Shown piece by piece: positions 28,638-38,948 of a stretch of DNA of 64,000 nucleotides. Under the pieces are notes generated by a model. The model searched no databases. It was given only the letters and a program-made list of their open reading frames with translations, and was not told the origin of the DNA. The stretch's first letter is position 1. Each line of letters starts with the position of its first letter. The stretch is from an uncultured bacterium (GTDB lineage: Bacteria; Patescibacteriota; Minisyncoccia; Phycocordibacterales; CAIJYI01). The translations under genes were made by a program, and so were the position numbers. The DNA lies in the NCBI GenBank assembly GCA_903824855.1, contig CAIJYI010000041.1:27159-91158 (forward strand), written 5' to 3'.

Positions 28638-30341
28638 ATGTCATCTCCCGTAGAACTCATTAAAGAAAAATTAGATATTGCGACCGTTGTGGGCTCGTAC
28701 GTCAAGCTAGAGCGGGCCGGCGGGAATTTTCGAGCTAAGTGTCCTTTTCATAATGAAAAGACTCCTAGCTTTATGGTATCGCCCGACAGAGGGTCTTATC
28801 ATTGTTTTGGCTGTAATAAGGGAGGAGATATATTTAGTTTTGTGGAAGAAATAGAAGGCACGGATTTTGCGGGAGCGCTTCGCGTGCTTGCCGATAGGGC
28901 CGGTGTCGTTCTCACTCGAGAAAATCCCGCGGAAAGAAACGAACGGGATCGAATGTTTATGTTGCTCGCTGATGTGACACTTTTTTATCGAAAGGAATTA
29001 CGAAAGAATACTGAAGCAATTGCGTATTTAAGAAAGAGAGGATTGCTTCCCGCCACTATCGACGAATTTCAAATTGGCTTTGCTCCTAATGATTGGCATA
29101 TCACGGAAGCATATCTCAGAAGTCGAGGATACACCGACAATGAAATGGAAAAGACGGGTATGTCGATTCGTACGGAAAAAGGAATATATGACCGCTTCCG
29201 TTCTCGCATTATGTTTCCGCTTTGCGACAGTTCCGGAAGAGTAGTTGGTTTTACCGGTCGTGTTTTCAATAGTGACGATCCTGCCAAATATGTAAATAGT
29301 CCCGAAACTCCACTTTATAATAAATCAAAAATACTCTTTGGACTTTCCCTCGCAAAAGCAGCCATCAGAGAAACCGGTTCCGTCATTCTCGTCGAAGGTC
29401 AGATGGATTTAATCATGTCGCATCAGACGGGAACGAAAAATTCCGTTGCGGTATCGGGTACAGCCCTTACCATAATGCAGTTGGAAATGTTGAAACGTTA
29501 CACTGATAAATTACTCTTTTCTTTTGATAGCGACGATGCCGGACTTGCCGCAGCGAAGAAAAGTGCGATTCCCGCATTGCGCATGGGTTTTGATGTTCGA
29601 GCGATTGAACTATCAGGAGAGAAAGACCCCGCTGACCTTATTCTCGAATCTCCCGAAAAATGGAATGAAGCCATCCGTCAGTCAAAACATATCATCGAAT
29701 TTTTCCTCGCAGTTCTTCAAAAGAAATCCACAGATAAAAGAACATTCCGACTCGCCGTTGAAAAAGATGTTTTGCCGATAGTCGCAGCGATTGAAAGCCG
29801 AATTGATCAAGCTCATTTCATCGATGTTGTCGCCACATTTTTGGATATCTCACGCGATGCTGTTTATGAGGAAGTAAAAAAGACCGCACTTGGCGATACA
29901 AACAGTCCGATAATTCATGAAAAATTCGATGCCGTTTTGCCGCTTAAAAAAACTCCCGCGACAAGGAGGGAAGCGGTCGAAAGAAAGATTAAAGGCGTAA
30001 TATTATGGCAACAGCACGCAAGCGCTCCACTTCTTAATGCCGATGAAATCCTCGCACGTTATAAGGAAATCGCCGGTTTGATTATTGATGCGGAAGAAGC
30101 CGAAAAGAATGCGCTTATTTATGAAGCAGAAGCATTTTATGACGGATCCCTGTCGTTGCAAAAATCGGTGGATGATTTACTGATGAGTTTTGAGAAGGAA
30201 ATTCTGAAGGAAAAATTAGTAGAAACCATGGCAGATTTACGAAAAGCCGAGCTTCTTCATGACTCAGCTAAAGCGCTTCAAATACTGAATGAATGCAATG
30301 TAATTTCCGAGAAACTCAACCGAATGAATACGTCATTGTAA
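28638..30341 (+). CDS. dnaG: DNA primase
   Basis: CPFH.EKTPSF/CFGC zinc finger, RFR.RIMFP, KY.NSPET, VEG.MD, D.D.AG TOPRIM. Confidence 0.97.
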   Translation: MSSPVELIKEKLDIATVVGSYVKLERAGGNFRAKCPFHNEKTPSFMVSPDRGSYHCFGCNKGGDIFSFVEEIEGTDFAGALRVLADRAGVVLTRENPAERNERDRMFMLLADVTLFYRKELRKNTEAIAYLRKRGLLPATIDEFQIGFAPNDWHITEAYLRSRGYTDNEMEKTGMSIRTEKGIYDRFRSRIMFPLCDSSGRVVGFTGRVFNSDDPAKYVNSPETPLYNKSKILFGLSLAKAAIRETGSVILVEGQMDLIMSHQTGTKNSVAVSGTALTIMQLEMLKRYTDKLLFSFDSDDAGLAAAKKSAIPALRMGFDVRAIELSGEKDPADLILESPEKWNEAIRQSKHIIEFFLAVLQKKSTDKRTFRLAVEKDVLPIVAAIESRIDQAHFIDVVATFLDISRDAVYEEVKKTALGDTNSPIIHEKFDAVLPLKKTPATRREAVERKIKGVILWQQHASAPLLNADEILARYKEIAGLIIDAEEAEKNALIYEAEAFYDGSLSLQKSVDDLLMSFEKEILKEKLVETMADLRKAELLHDSAKALQILNECNVISEKLNRMNTSL

Positions 30342-30402
30342 AAAATCTCATTTTAGTGCAGAATATCAAATACGGAACAACTAATAACTATCAATAAACA
30401 CT

Positions 30403-31719
30403 ATGCCAAAAAAGTCAAAAATTGTGAAAAAGGCGAAAAAGGCTGTGGAACCAAAAAAGGCTCCAAAAAAGAAGGAAGTAAAGAAACCGACAAAACCGGT
30501 TAAGAAGCTGCCTGCTAAAAAAATAGTTATTTCGAAGAAACCGGTAAAAAAGATTCCGGTTAAAAAAGCGGCGAAGTTCGAAGTGTCAAAGAAAAAGAAA
30601 GAGGTTAAAGCTCCGAAAGTTGCCCGCCCAAAAGAAACGGTTGAAGAAAAAAAGGACCGCGTTTTGAATCAGGAAAAGAAAGCCGAAATACTTATCGCGA
30701 AAGGACGTGAACGTGGATTCATTACCTATGATGAAATTATCCGCGAATTCCCGAATGTTGAAGACGATATCCTTTTTCTCGATGAACTCTATGACAAATT
30801 AAATCAAGTTGGTATTGATGTCTTGGAAAGTGGCGGACTCTTGGAAGAGACTGACGACATTCTCAAAAAATATTCCATCGGAAGTGGCGCATCAAAAGAT
30901 TCCATTCAGATGTACCTGCGCGAAATCGGACAATATCCTCTCCTTTCGGCTCACGAAGAAAGAGAACTCGCAAAAAGAATTGAAGCCGGCGATGCAGAAG
31001 CGAAAGGACTTCTTGCAAAAGCAAACCTTCGCCTCGTTGTTTCTATTGCAAAAAAATACGTCGGAAGAAGCCCTGACCTCACACTCCTCGACTTAATTCA
31101 GGAAGGAAATATCGGACTCTTCAAAGCGGTTGAGAAATTTGAATATGCAAAAGGATTTAAGTTTTCCACCTATGCAACTTGGTGGATTCGCCAAGCTATC
31201 ACTCGCGCTCTCGCCGACCAATCCAGAACGATTCGTATTCCTGTCCACATGGTTGAAACAATTGCAAAATACAAACAAGTTTCCAGAAGATTAAGCCAAG
31301 ACCTCGGTCGCGATCCTCTCGCTTCAGAAATCGCCACAGAAATGGGACTCGACGTTGAAAAAATTCACAATATTGAAAACATTGTCCAAGATACCGTTTC
31401 TCTCGAAAAACCAATCGGTGACGAAGACGATAAATCAACTCTCGGAGAATTTATTGCAGACGAAAAGATTCTCGCTCCGGACCAAGAAGTTTCCAGAAGA
31501 ATTTTGACCGACCAAGTAAAAATGATTTTAAACGATCTCTCTCAGAAAGAAAGAAAGATTTTGGAAATGCGACACGGACTCGTCGACGGCGTCACTCATA
31601 CTCTTGAAGAAGTAGGAAAAGAATTCGGAGTTACCCGCGAGCGTATCCGCCAGATTGAAGCTAAAGCTCACGAGAAGATTCGACAGCATCCGGGCGCCGA
31701 TAAACTGCAAGGATATTAA
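30403..31719 (+). CDS. rpoD: Primary sigma factor with Lys-rich N-terminal extension
   Basis: [59 protein letters not shown]. Confidence 0.95.
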   Translation: MPKKSKIVKKAKKAVEPKKAPKKKEVKKPTKPVKKLPAKKIVISKKPVKKIPVKKAAKFEVSKKKKEVKAPKVARPKETVEEKKDRVLNQEKKAEILIAKGRERGFITYDEIIREFPNVEDDILFLDELYDKLNQVGIDVLESGGLLEETDDILKKYSIGSGASKDSIQMYLREIGQYPLLSAHEERELAKRIEAGDAEAKGLLAKANLRLVVSIAKKYVGRSPDLTLLDLIQEGNIGLFKAVEKFEYAKGFKFSTYATWWIRQAITRALADQSRTIRIPVHMVETIAKYKQVSRRLSQDLGRDPLASEIATEMGLDVEKIHNIENIVQDTVSLEKPIGDEDDKSTLGEFIADEKILAPDQEVSRRILTDQVKMILNDLSQKERKILEMRHGLVDGVTHTLEEVGKEFGVTRERIRQIEAKAHEKIRQHPGADKLQGY

Positions 31720-31761
31720 AAAAGCTTTTATCCTTTAGGGAATAGCTTTTAGAAAAAAAAG

Positions 31762-31794
31762 AAACTCCGTACCGAATTAATCGGTGCGGAGTTT
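31762..31794. terminator. Bidirectional terminator-like hairpin, copy 1
   Basis: aaactccgtaccga-attaa-tcggtgcggagttt; near-identical copy at 32207-32240. Confidence 0.75.
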
Positions 31795-31797
31795 TGG

Positions 31798-32097
31798 TTA
31801 TTTCAAGGTGTTGGCAAATTCTTTGATTAAATCGGATGCTATATGTTTTCCATAACATGTTAAGAAGTATAGGCTTCTATCGTTTTCCGAAAAGTATTTG
31901 CCTATATGGTAAGATTTGCCAAGAAGTTCCTTCTTGTAAAGCTCCTGAAGGGTAATCTTTGTAGAAAATTCGGTTCCACCAATGAGATTCATTATTTCAT
32001 CCCATGTGTAGTAGATTAATTCATATTGTTCGCCACCTTGCTCTATTTTTTTGAGTAATAGATGAATCAATATTTGTTTTTCAATATTCGTCATCAT
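31798..32097 (-). CDS. Small winged-helix-like protein (paralog 1)
   Basis: ..KQILIHL..T.DEI..LQEL..KELL..YFLT.YGK pattern; RBS-like GAGG upstream. Confidence 0.6.
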   Translation of the reverse strand: MMTNIEKQILIHLLLKKIEQGGEQYELIYYTWDEIMNLIGGTEFSTKITLQELYKKELLGKSYHIGKYFSENDRSLYFLTCYGKHIASDLIKEFANTLK

Positions 32098-32206
32098 TTG
32101 TCGCCTCTCTTAATTGATGTTTGCTTTCTGGGTGAAATAATATCATATATCTTAATTAAAGTCAAATTTACTGCAAACAAGATTTTGTCAGGGAATGTGA
32201 ATAAAA

Positions 32207-32240
32207 AAACTCCGAACCGAATTAAATCGGTGCGGAGTTT
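32207..32240. terminator. Terminator-like hairpin, copy 2
   Basis: aaactccgaaccga-attaaa-tcggtgcggagttt. Confidence 0.75.
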
Positions 32241-32246
32241 CGTGTT

Positions 32247-32531
32247 CTATGTGTCTAAATGTTTTGTTAAACCAAGAATTAAAGCTTTTGCTTCTTGTCG
32301 GCCTTTGAATTCAATGAAATACCAACACTTTTCAGTTTCTTTTTCGGTCGCTATACCGACATTTCCGGCAAGCAAAAGTTCTCTTAGTGCGGGTTCCGTT
32401 AACTCTTTGGATTCGTGTGTGAATTTTTGGATTTGTTCCAACGTGTGTAAATCCAACCGATGGCCTTCTTTTCGAAGGTCGGTGCTTTTAAGAAAAAGAT
32501 AAATAAGTACTTTTTTTGCAATGCTGGTCAT
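32247..32531 (-). CDS. Small winged-helix-like protein (paralog 2)
   Basis: MTSIAKKVLIYLFLK aligns with MTNIEKQILIHLLLK; LREL and YF..KG motifs. Confidence 0.6.
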   Translation of the reverse strand: MTSIAKKVLIYLFLKSTDLRKEGHRLDLHTLEQIQKFTHESKELTEPALRELLLAGNVGIATEKETEKCWYFIEFKGRQEAKALILGLTKHLDT

Positions 32532-32599
32532 TTGACGCCTCTTCTTTTTGTTGTTACAATCTATGGACGATTTTATAGTAAATCCACACCGAAGTCAAC

Positions 32600-33283
32600 A
32601 TGCAAGATTTTATCTGGGAACGCGAATATCGAAACCCGCTTTTGGTTACCAAAGGCGAGGATCCGCAGAAAGATACTCTGCGATTTTTGAAGTGGCTCCG
32701 GCGCGAGAGAGAAATTCCTCTTGATCATCTCTCCGTGCTAGATTTGGGATGCGGAACAGGACGAAATTCAAACTATCTCGCAGAACTCGATAATATTGTT
32801 ACCGGATACGAAATTTCAAAAACGGCAATCGAACTGGCAAAAGAACGAGCAAAAAATCTCAAAATCAATGTTGACTATCGAGTCCAGAATATCGGTGCTC
32901 CATACCCACTCGCTGATAATTCAATGGATGTCGTTATTGATGTAACTTCGTCAAATTCATTAAATGAACAAGAAAGAGAAATCTATCTTTCTGAAACAGC
33001 ACGAGTATTAAAACAGGGCGGACATTTTTTTGTAAAAACTCTCTGCAAAGACGGCGACCAGAATGCAAAAGCGCTCATAAAAAATAATCCGGGTCCGGAA
33101 TATGACACCTATATCAATAAAGACATGGGGTTAACCGAGCGCGTTTTTACCGAGAAAGATTTCAGAGAAATGTATTCAAAATATTTTCAAATCCTCGAAC
33201 TGGAAAAAAAGACCAGCTACACCAGATTCAAAAATCAAAGCTACAAAAGAAATTTCTGGCTAGCGTATATGGTAAAATTTTAA
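32600..33283 (+). CDS. Class I SAM-dependent methyltransferase
   Basis: VLDLGCGTGRN, RVLKQGG. Confidence 0.9.
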   Translation: MQDFIWEREYRNPLLVTKGEDPQKDTLRFLKWLRREREIPLDHLSVLDLGCGTGRNSNYLAELDNIVTGYEISKTAIELAKERAKNLKINVDYRVQNIGAPYPLADNSMDVVIDVTSSNSLNEQEREIYLSETARVLKQGGHFFVKTLCKDGDQNAKALIKNNPGPEYDTYINKDMGLTERVFTEKDFREMYSKYFQILELEKKTSYTRFKNQSYKRNFWLAYMVKF

Positions 33284-33286
33284 ATC

Positions 33287-33311
33287 CACTTGGCGGTGAA
33301 ACCGCCAAGTG
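33287..33311 (+). repeat. REP-like palindrome copy 1 (GAA loop)
   Basis: cacttggcggt-gaa-accgccaagtg, 3 nt after the methyltransferase stop. Confidence 0.95.
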
Positions 33312-33344
33312 TTTTTTTTGACAAATTCGATTATTTAGTGTAAT

Positions 33345-33977
33345 TTGAGAAAGGAATTTGTTGATTTGAAATTGGAGAAAAAAATGAATGTACTGAAAAA
33401 AGTGGTAAATTTTCTTTTTGAATTGGGACATTTGAGCTATGTTCCGAGAAGCGGTTGGCATAAGTTGGGAATAAAGGATCCTCAGAGCGTCGCTGAACAT
33501 ACGGCAAGAACGGCACAAATCGCTTTCGTGCTCGCTACTCTGGAAGGTCATAAAAATCCTTGTCATTGTGCGACTGTCGCGCTTTTTCATGACATTACAG
33601 AAACTCGTACCATGGATATGAATCGTGTTTCTAAAGGTTATAACCTTACTGACCATAAACATGCTTCATTTGACCAAATTGCCGGAATGGAAAAAGTTTC
33701 AGAAAATATCGCCTATGTTTGGAATGAATTCGAGGACGGAAAAACCAGAGCAAGCGTTATTGCTCGTGATGCCGATATTTTGGAACTGATGCTGACCGCA
33801 AGAGATATTGAAGAAGCAGGATACAAGGATGCAAAAGAATTTCTCAATTCAGGAATGAAAAGACTGCAAACAGAAAGCGGAAAAAAAATAGGCGCTGAAT
33901 TATATTTCGCCGATCCAAATGCTTGGTGGAAGGAATTTCAGCCAAGTTCGAAATTCGCTGAAACCGTCGGGTTGTAA
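33345..33977 (+). CDS. HD-domain phosphohydrolase (YfbR/HDDC2-like)
   Basis: RSGW, SVAEH, LFHD..E, DAD.LE. The true start may be a later ATG. Confidence 0.85.
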   Translation: MRKEFVDLKLEKKMNVLKKVVNFLFELGHLSYVPRSGWHKLGIKDPQSVAEHTARTAQIAFVLATLEGHKNPCHCATVALFHDITETRTMDMNRVSKGYNLTDHKHASFDQIAGMEKVSENIAYVWNEFEDGKTRASVIARDADILELMLTARDIEEAGYKDAKEFLNSGMKRLQTESGKKIGAELYFADPNAWWKEFQPSSKFAETVGL

Positions 33978-34128
33978 TAATAAAGCAAACGAGTTGATAA
34001 AAACTCAAATCTCTCTCCTTCGGGCGGGGGATTTTTTTATAATCAGGTTAATCAAACATGATATCTTTTCATAAATTTAAAGACTCGTGGTATACTATAA
34101 TTAATTAAATAATACTAAATTTATTTCT

Positions 34129-35160
34129 ATGATTGAAAATAAAAAACTTCAAATGTGGTATTTCTTTATTTTATTCGGACTTTCCGTGTTCCTCCTCTTT
34201 TTGGTTTTCAAACCATTTTTGGAAATTATGGTAGTTGCCTCCGTTTTAGCGGTGCTTCTCTATCCGTTTTATAAAAAGATTCTTTCTTTTTTCCGTGGTA
34301 ATAAAACGCCATCGGCCTTGATGGCAGTCTTGATTGCTGTTTTCTTTATTGTTACTCCTATTTATTTTTTGGGGATACAGATATTAGAGGAAGCTCGCTC
34401 TTTGTATACAAACGTCCAAGTAAATGGCGGTCCATTTATTCAAGCAATCACTCGTGCTATCGAAACACCGTTTCGTAAAATTTCACCTGATTTCACTATA
34501 AACATTCAAGATTATCTTACTCGCTTTGCCGATTTCCTTCTTCAGAATCTCGGACCAATCGCCTCGGGAACTGCTTTCGTCGCATTTGAAGTTCTCATTA
34601 CCATAATCACGCTATTCTTCTTCCTAAAAAATGGAGACGAATTCCTTGAAAGTATTTCTAAGTTTTCTCCGCTTGATGACAAATATGATACCGAAATTCT
34701 TACATCCATTCAGAGAACTATTAATTCCGTTTTACGTGGTTCTCTTTTGATTGCCGTTATTCAAGGTTTCTTGGTGGGCACGGGCTTCTACCTATTTCAG
34801 GTTCCCAACGCTTCGCTCTGGGGATTAGTGGCGGCATTTTGTGCGCTTATTCCGGGTGTGGGCACCGCATTTGTTACCATCCCCGCAATATTGTATCTCT
34901 TCCTCACAAGCAACTCTACTCTCGCTATGGGTCTTTTAATTTGGTCCGCATTATTAGTCGGAAGCATTGATAATTTCCTTGCACCTTATTTATATAACAA
35001 GGGAATCAAGATTCACCCGCTCTTTGTTTTCTTTTCCGTTCTTGGGGGGATCATATATTTCGGGCCTATGGGTTTCCTTTTTGGTCCGATTATTTTAAGC
35101 GCTTTTCTTTCTATTTTTCGAGTATATCGACGATTTATCTTGAAGGAAGAGGATTCATAG
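34129..35160 (+). CDS. AI-2E family transporter
   Basis: Multi-pass membrane protein with IDNFL.P, HPL, GG..FG..G..FGP. Confidence 0.88.
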   Translation: MIENKKLQMWYFFILFGLSVFLLFLVFKPFLEIMVVASVLAVLLYPFYKKILSFFRGNKTPSALMAVLIAVFFIVTPIYFLGIQILEEARSLYTNVQVNGGPFIQAITRAIETPFRKISPDFTINIQDYLTRFADFLLQNLGPIASGTAFVAFEVLITIITLFFFLKNGDEFLESISKFSPLDDKYDTEILTSIQRTINSVLRGSLLIAVIQGFLVGTGFYLFQVPNASLWGLVAAFCALIPGVGTAFVTIPAILYLFLTSNSTLAMGLLIWSALLVGSIDNFLAPYLYNKGIKIHPLFVFFSVLGGIIYFGPMGFLFGPIILSAFLSIFRVYRRFILKEEDS

Positions 35161-35174
35161 CTGTCAAAAGATAA

Positions 35175-35218
35175 TGTGGATAAGAGTGTTTGCCAGAAAT
35201 ATTACAGTGTCGTATAAT
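35175..35218 (+). promoter_or_regulatory. DnaA box (35175-35183) plus sigma70 promoter
   Basis: TGTGGATAA (perfect box, reverse strand), then TTGCCA-N17-TATAAT. Confidence 0.6.
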
Positions 35219-35314
35219 AAAATTGCACAGATGGATTAAAATGATTGGGAGATTATCCTGGTTATTTTACGTATAAAAAGAATACTCCGTGCAAGATATT
35301 TTATAAATAACATC

Positions 35315-36526
35315 ATGAAACCGAAAGTATTAATGTTTGGGTGGGAATTTCCCCCGCACAACAGTGGCGGTCTTGGGACGGCCTGTTTCGGTTTGACTCG
35401 TGCGCTTTCCGGCGATGCTGACGTCGTTTTTGTGCTACCCAAAAAAGCTGAAGTGAATTCCGATTTTGTAAAAATGGTTTTTGCGAATGAACACAGCATA
35501 AGCGTCCGTCATGTAGATACACTTTTGTACCCATATGTTACCGAAGAAAAATATGGTGAAGAACGACACCTCTATACCGACCAGGTCTACGGATTCTCTC
35601 TCATGGAAGAAGTAAAACGTTATGCCAGAAAAGCCGCAGACATTGCAAGAAAAGCAAAATGCGATGTAATCCACGCTCATGACTGGCTCGCTTACAGTGC
35701 AGGAATTGAAGCAAAGAAAGCCACCGGAAAACCCCTCATCGTTCATGTCCACGCTACAGAATTTGATCGTACGGGCGGAAACGGAGTGAATCAGCTTGTT
35801 TATGATATTGAACGCAAAGGAATGGAAGCTGCCGATGCGGTGATTGCCGTCAGTCAATGGACCAAAAACATTATCGTCAATCATTACGGAATCTCACCTG
35901 ATAAAATTACGGTTGTTCATAATGGCATCGATATAAATGATTTCAAAATTCTTCCTTCCAGAGTTCAAGCCTTAAAAGATGCGGGAAATAAAATAGTACT
36001 TTTTGTTGGACGCATTACCATGCAGAAAGGCCCCGATTATTTTATACGCGCGGCGACCCGTGTTTTGGAATTTCGTCCGAATACCATTTTCCTCGTTTCC
36101 GGTTCAGGAGATATGGAAAGGGAAATGATACGCCTAGCTGCTTCTAAAGGTATTTCGGATAAAATTTTCTTCGTCGGTTTTCTTCGTGGTGATGATTTAG
36201 ACAGTGTTTATCAATCAGCGGATCTTTATGTTATGCCTTCGATTTCGGAACCATTCGGTATTACCCCCCTCGAAGCGCTTGCGAACGGCACGCCGGTGCT
36301 CATTTCACGACAATCAGGTGTTTCCGAAGTTCTGTCGCACGCGCTAAAAGCTGATTTTTGGGATATCGACGATACTGCCGATAAAATCATTTCTACGCTG
36401 GATAATAAATGCCTCCACGATAGTTTGAAAGAAAACGGTATGAGGGAATTGGACAAAAATGCGTGGGTTGTCGCAGCGAGAAAATGTCTTTCCGTTTATA
36501 AACGTTTGATTATTGAAACTGTATAA
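35315..36526 (+). CDS. Glycosyltransferase family 4
   Basis: WEFPP..SGGLG, HAHDW, FVGR...QKG, EPFG..PLEA. Confidence 0.92.
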   Translation: MKPKVLMFGWEFPPHNSGGLGTACFGLTRALSGDADVVFVLPKKAEVNSDFVKMVFANEHSISVRHVDTLLYPYVTEEKYGEERHLYTDQVYGFSLMEEVKRYARKAADIARKAKCDVIHAHDWLAYSAGIEAKKATGKPLIVHVHATEFDRTGGNGVNQLVYDIERKGMEAADAVIAVSQWTKNIIVNHYGISPDKITVVHNGIDINDFKILPSRVQALKDAGNKIVLFVGRITMQKGPDYFIRAATRVLEFRPNTIFLVSGSGDMEREMIRLAASKGISDKIFFVGFLRGDDLDSVYQSADLYVMPSISEPFGITPLEALANGTPVLISRQSGVSEVLSHALKADFWDIDDTADKIISTLDNKCLHDSLKENGMRELDKNAWVVAARKCLSVYKRLIIETV

Positions 36527-36567
36527 TATTTATTAATAAAGAGTCCAGAAAAACGGACAGAAATTCT

Positions 36568-36957
36568 ATGGCCATCAAAAAGACTGTCGCTCTTCCGAAA
36601 AAGAAAAGCAACGCAAAAAAAATATCAAAGAAATTAATCGTACTCCTTCCTGATAAAAAAACATCTGCTAAAAAATCTTCCGCTTCAAAAAAGGAACTCA
36701 TTATTGCTTCGGCTGATGAGTGTTTTTGGGTGAATGATGGTCCGGCACTTCAGAGTCTACTTGATCTTCGCGAGGCATTTAAAACACTCACGAAAGCACA
36801 ATTTTCTTATCATTTAAACAAGGAAAAAAACGATTTTTCCAATTGGATATTATTTGTTCTTAAAGATGAAAAATGCTCAAAAGATTTGCTCAAAGCAAAA
36901 AACATGAAGAATGCGCTCTCTGTTATAGAGCAGCATCTTAAAGGATACGATATATAA
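36568..36957 (+). CDS. Lys-rich N-terminus plus DUF5752-like domain
   Basis: F.V.DG....SL.DL, F.YH....NDFSNWI..VL.D. Confidence 0.6.
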   Translation: MAIKKTVALPKKKSNAKKISKKLIVLLPDKKTSAKKSSASKKELIIASADECFWVNDGPALQSLLDLREAFKTLTKAQFSYHLNKEKNDFSNWILFVLKDEKCSKDLLKAKNMKNALSVIEQHLKGYDI

Positions 36958-37148
36958 TTCAATAAGTTCTGATGGCGGTTTGCTAATCCTTGCACCGGAA
37001 AAAGAGAGGGAAGGGGAAAACTATTAATCACACGATTTGTAGTTTTTTTCTGTTGACAGCCTTCGTTATTGTTTGCTCCGAATAATTGGCTCTAAATATA
37101 GTTAAATAGGCAAAAAATGTATCTAAATTCGAAAGATTTCGGGCTAAA

Positions 37149-37177
37149 TTGACAAAATGGCGAAAATATGACATACT
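37149..37177 (+). promoter_or_regulatory. Sigma70 promoter followed by a ~185-nt leader
   Basis: TTGACA-N17-CATACT with extended TG. Confidence 0.6.
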
Positions 37178-37365
37178 ATACAAAAGGCATAGAAAAACCT
37201 CGTATTTTATGCTAAGGTATATCTATTCGGTAATGCTTGCCTCGGCAAGACCCACTCCCCATAAATTGGGACTGGGCAGTGCAAAAAAGAGCCTTAAAAC
37301 AGTAATTTTTTACTAACGGGCTATTCCAAATTCTTTACGGTGTTAGCGGAGCAAAACCGCTCAAA

Positions 37366-37911
37366 ATGGGTAATCTAATAATACAACTTACACGGTCCAT
37401 CGCCGTTCTGCCAATTCTTGCGATGGGACTCACTTCTCCGTTTGTTTCAGCCGGGATATTCCAACCTTCTCTTGATGGTTCTATGAATATTGCCCAGGTT
37501 CAAACTGTTGCGGAAAAGAATGTCCTCTCGGAACGTGCCGAGATGATAGATGCGTACTTCAAAGAAAGAAGTATGCCTCTTTATGGTTTCGGAGAAAAAA
37601 TGGTTAAAGAAGCCGATTTACACAAAATAGATTGGAGGCTTTTACCTGCTATTGCCGTTCGTGAATCGAGCGGAGGAAAACAGTCGTGTGGTTATAACCC
37701 ATTCGGATGGGCTTCGTGCGATGTTGCCTTTAAAAGTTATAATGAATCTATTGAGGTCCTCGCAACAAATCTCGGAGGAGATAATCCAAATACAGCAAAA
37801 TATTATTCAGGCGGAACTGAACTAAAACTTCATCATTACAACGGAACGGTCATCGCTTCTTATACGGGAGAAGTTCTCGCCATCATGGACTCGATTGGTC
37901 CGAAATACTAA
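37366..37911 (+). CDS. Secreted lysozyme-fold (glucosaminidase/SLT-like) protein
   Basis: Signal peptide, DWRLLPAIAVRESSGG, NPFGW, YN....Y. Confidence 0.7.
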   Translation: MGNLIIQLTRSIAVLPILAMGLTSPFVSAGIFQPSLDGSMNIAQVQTVAEKNVLSERAEMIDAYFKERSMPLYGFGEKMVKEADLHKIDWRLLPAIAVRESSGGKQSCGYNPFGWASCDVAFKSYNESIEVLATNLGGDNPNTAKYYSGGTELKLHHYNGTVIASYTGEVLAIMDSIGPKY

Positions 37912-37940
37912 TTTCAAATTTTAAAAAAGAAAATTCACAA

Positions 37941-37984
37941 AAGAAATAAGGCGAACCCTGAATAAGGGGTTCGCCTTATTTCTT
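37941..37984 (+). terminator. Terminator hairpin with 18-bp arms
   Basis: aagaaataaggcgaaccc / gggttcgccttatttctt. Confidence 0.8.
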
Positions 37985-38007
37985 ATCTCATTACCGTCAA
38001 ACAAGTA

Positions 38008-38832
38008 ATGATGATTTTCGCTTATGAAAATTTTATGTATAATAAAGAAAACGTAACTATTTTTATGAAAAACAAACCAATTATTCTTGTCCCGGCGTTT
38101 AATGGACCATCCGTAAGAGGAGGTAATCTTGATTCCGCATATGTTGATGTTACCTATCTTAACGCACTGACATTTGCCGGAGGAATTCCTCTTATCATAT
38201 CTCCCGACACATCTTCCTCTGATATTGCTCGTCTTTGTTCTCTTGGTGACGGACTTTTGATTCCCGGGGGCGTAGACATTGATCCTTTAAGATACGGTGA
38301 AGAAAAAGACGAAACTATTGAAAATATAAATTTAGAGAGAGATGAACTTGAATTTGCTCTGGTGAAATGTTTTCTTGAAATGAAAAAACCGGTCATGGGT
38401 ATTTGCAGAGGAATGCAAGTTTTAAATGTTTCTCTTTCGGGAAATCTTCATCGTGATATAAAAAAGGAAATTGAACATCCTTTAGCTCATGAATGGGATA
38501 AAACTTCACCCATTAGTGAACGGTATCATTTCCTGGCGCATTCAGTTGCTATTGACCCGGAATCCGCTCTTTCCGAATATATTCCCTCAAAAGAAGTTTC
38601 AGTGAACAGTCTCCATCATCAGGCGGTGAAAGTGCTCGGGAAAAATCTTCGAATTGGCGCCAAATCGCCCGATGGCGTTATTGAAGAGATTGAATCATCT
38701 GATATGTCAGATAGGTGGCTTCTTGGTGTCCAGTGGCATCCTGAGGCGATTCTCGAAGCCCGTCCGGAAAACAAAATTATTTTTGAAAAATTTATTGAGG
38801 CGTCATTGATGAAGAGCGATAAAAATATGTAG
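38008..38832 (+). CDS. Gamma-glutamyl-gamma-aminobutyrate hydrolase family (peptidase C26)
   Basis: GG.DIDP..YG, GICRGMQ, VNSLHHQ, VQWHPE. The true start is probably later (MKNKPII). Confidence 0.9.
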   Translation: MMIFAYENFMYNKENVTIFMKNKPIILVPAFNGPSVRGGNLDSAYVDVTYLNALTFAGGIPLIISPDTSSSDIARLCSLGDGLLIPGGVDIDPLRYGEEKDETIENINLERDELEFALVKCFLEMKKPVMGICRGMQVLNVSLSGNLHRDIKKEIEHPLAHEWDKTSPISERYHFLAHSVAIDPESALSEYIPSKEVSVNSLHHQAVKVLGKNLRIGAKSPDGVIEEIESSDMSDRWLLGVQWHPEAILEARPENKIIFEKFIEASLMKSDKNM

Positions 38833-38948
38833 AGTTTTAATTACCCTGTATATGTATATATACGGTACTATTTCAGGTATTGATATATTTTTGAAATTTG
38901 CTATACTGAACTTTCATTTTTTAGCGGTTTAATTTTTTCGGAAAAAAT

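Noticed and set aside
30403-30660. Lys/Pro/Ala-rich RpoD N-terminus as a separate histone-like gene
   Set aside because: It is in frame with rpoD, and such extensions are common in this lineage.
32062-32502. 146-aa plus-strand ORF
   Set aside because: Crosses a terminator hairpin and is antisense to two paralogous ORFs that have RBSs.
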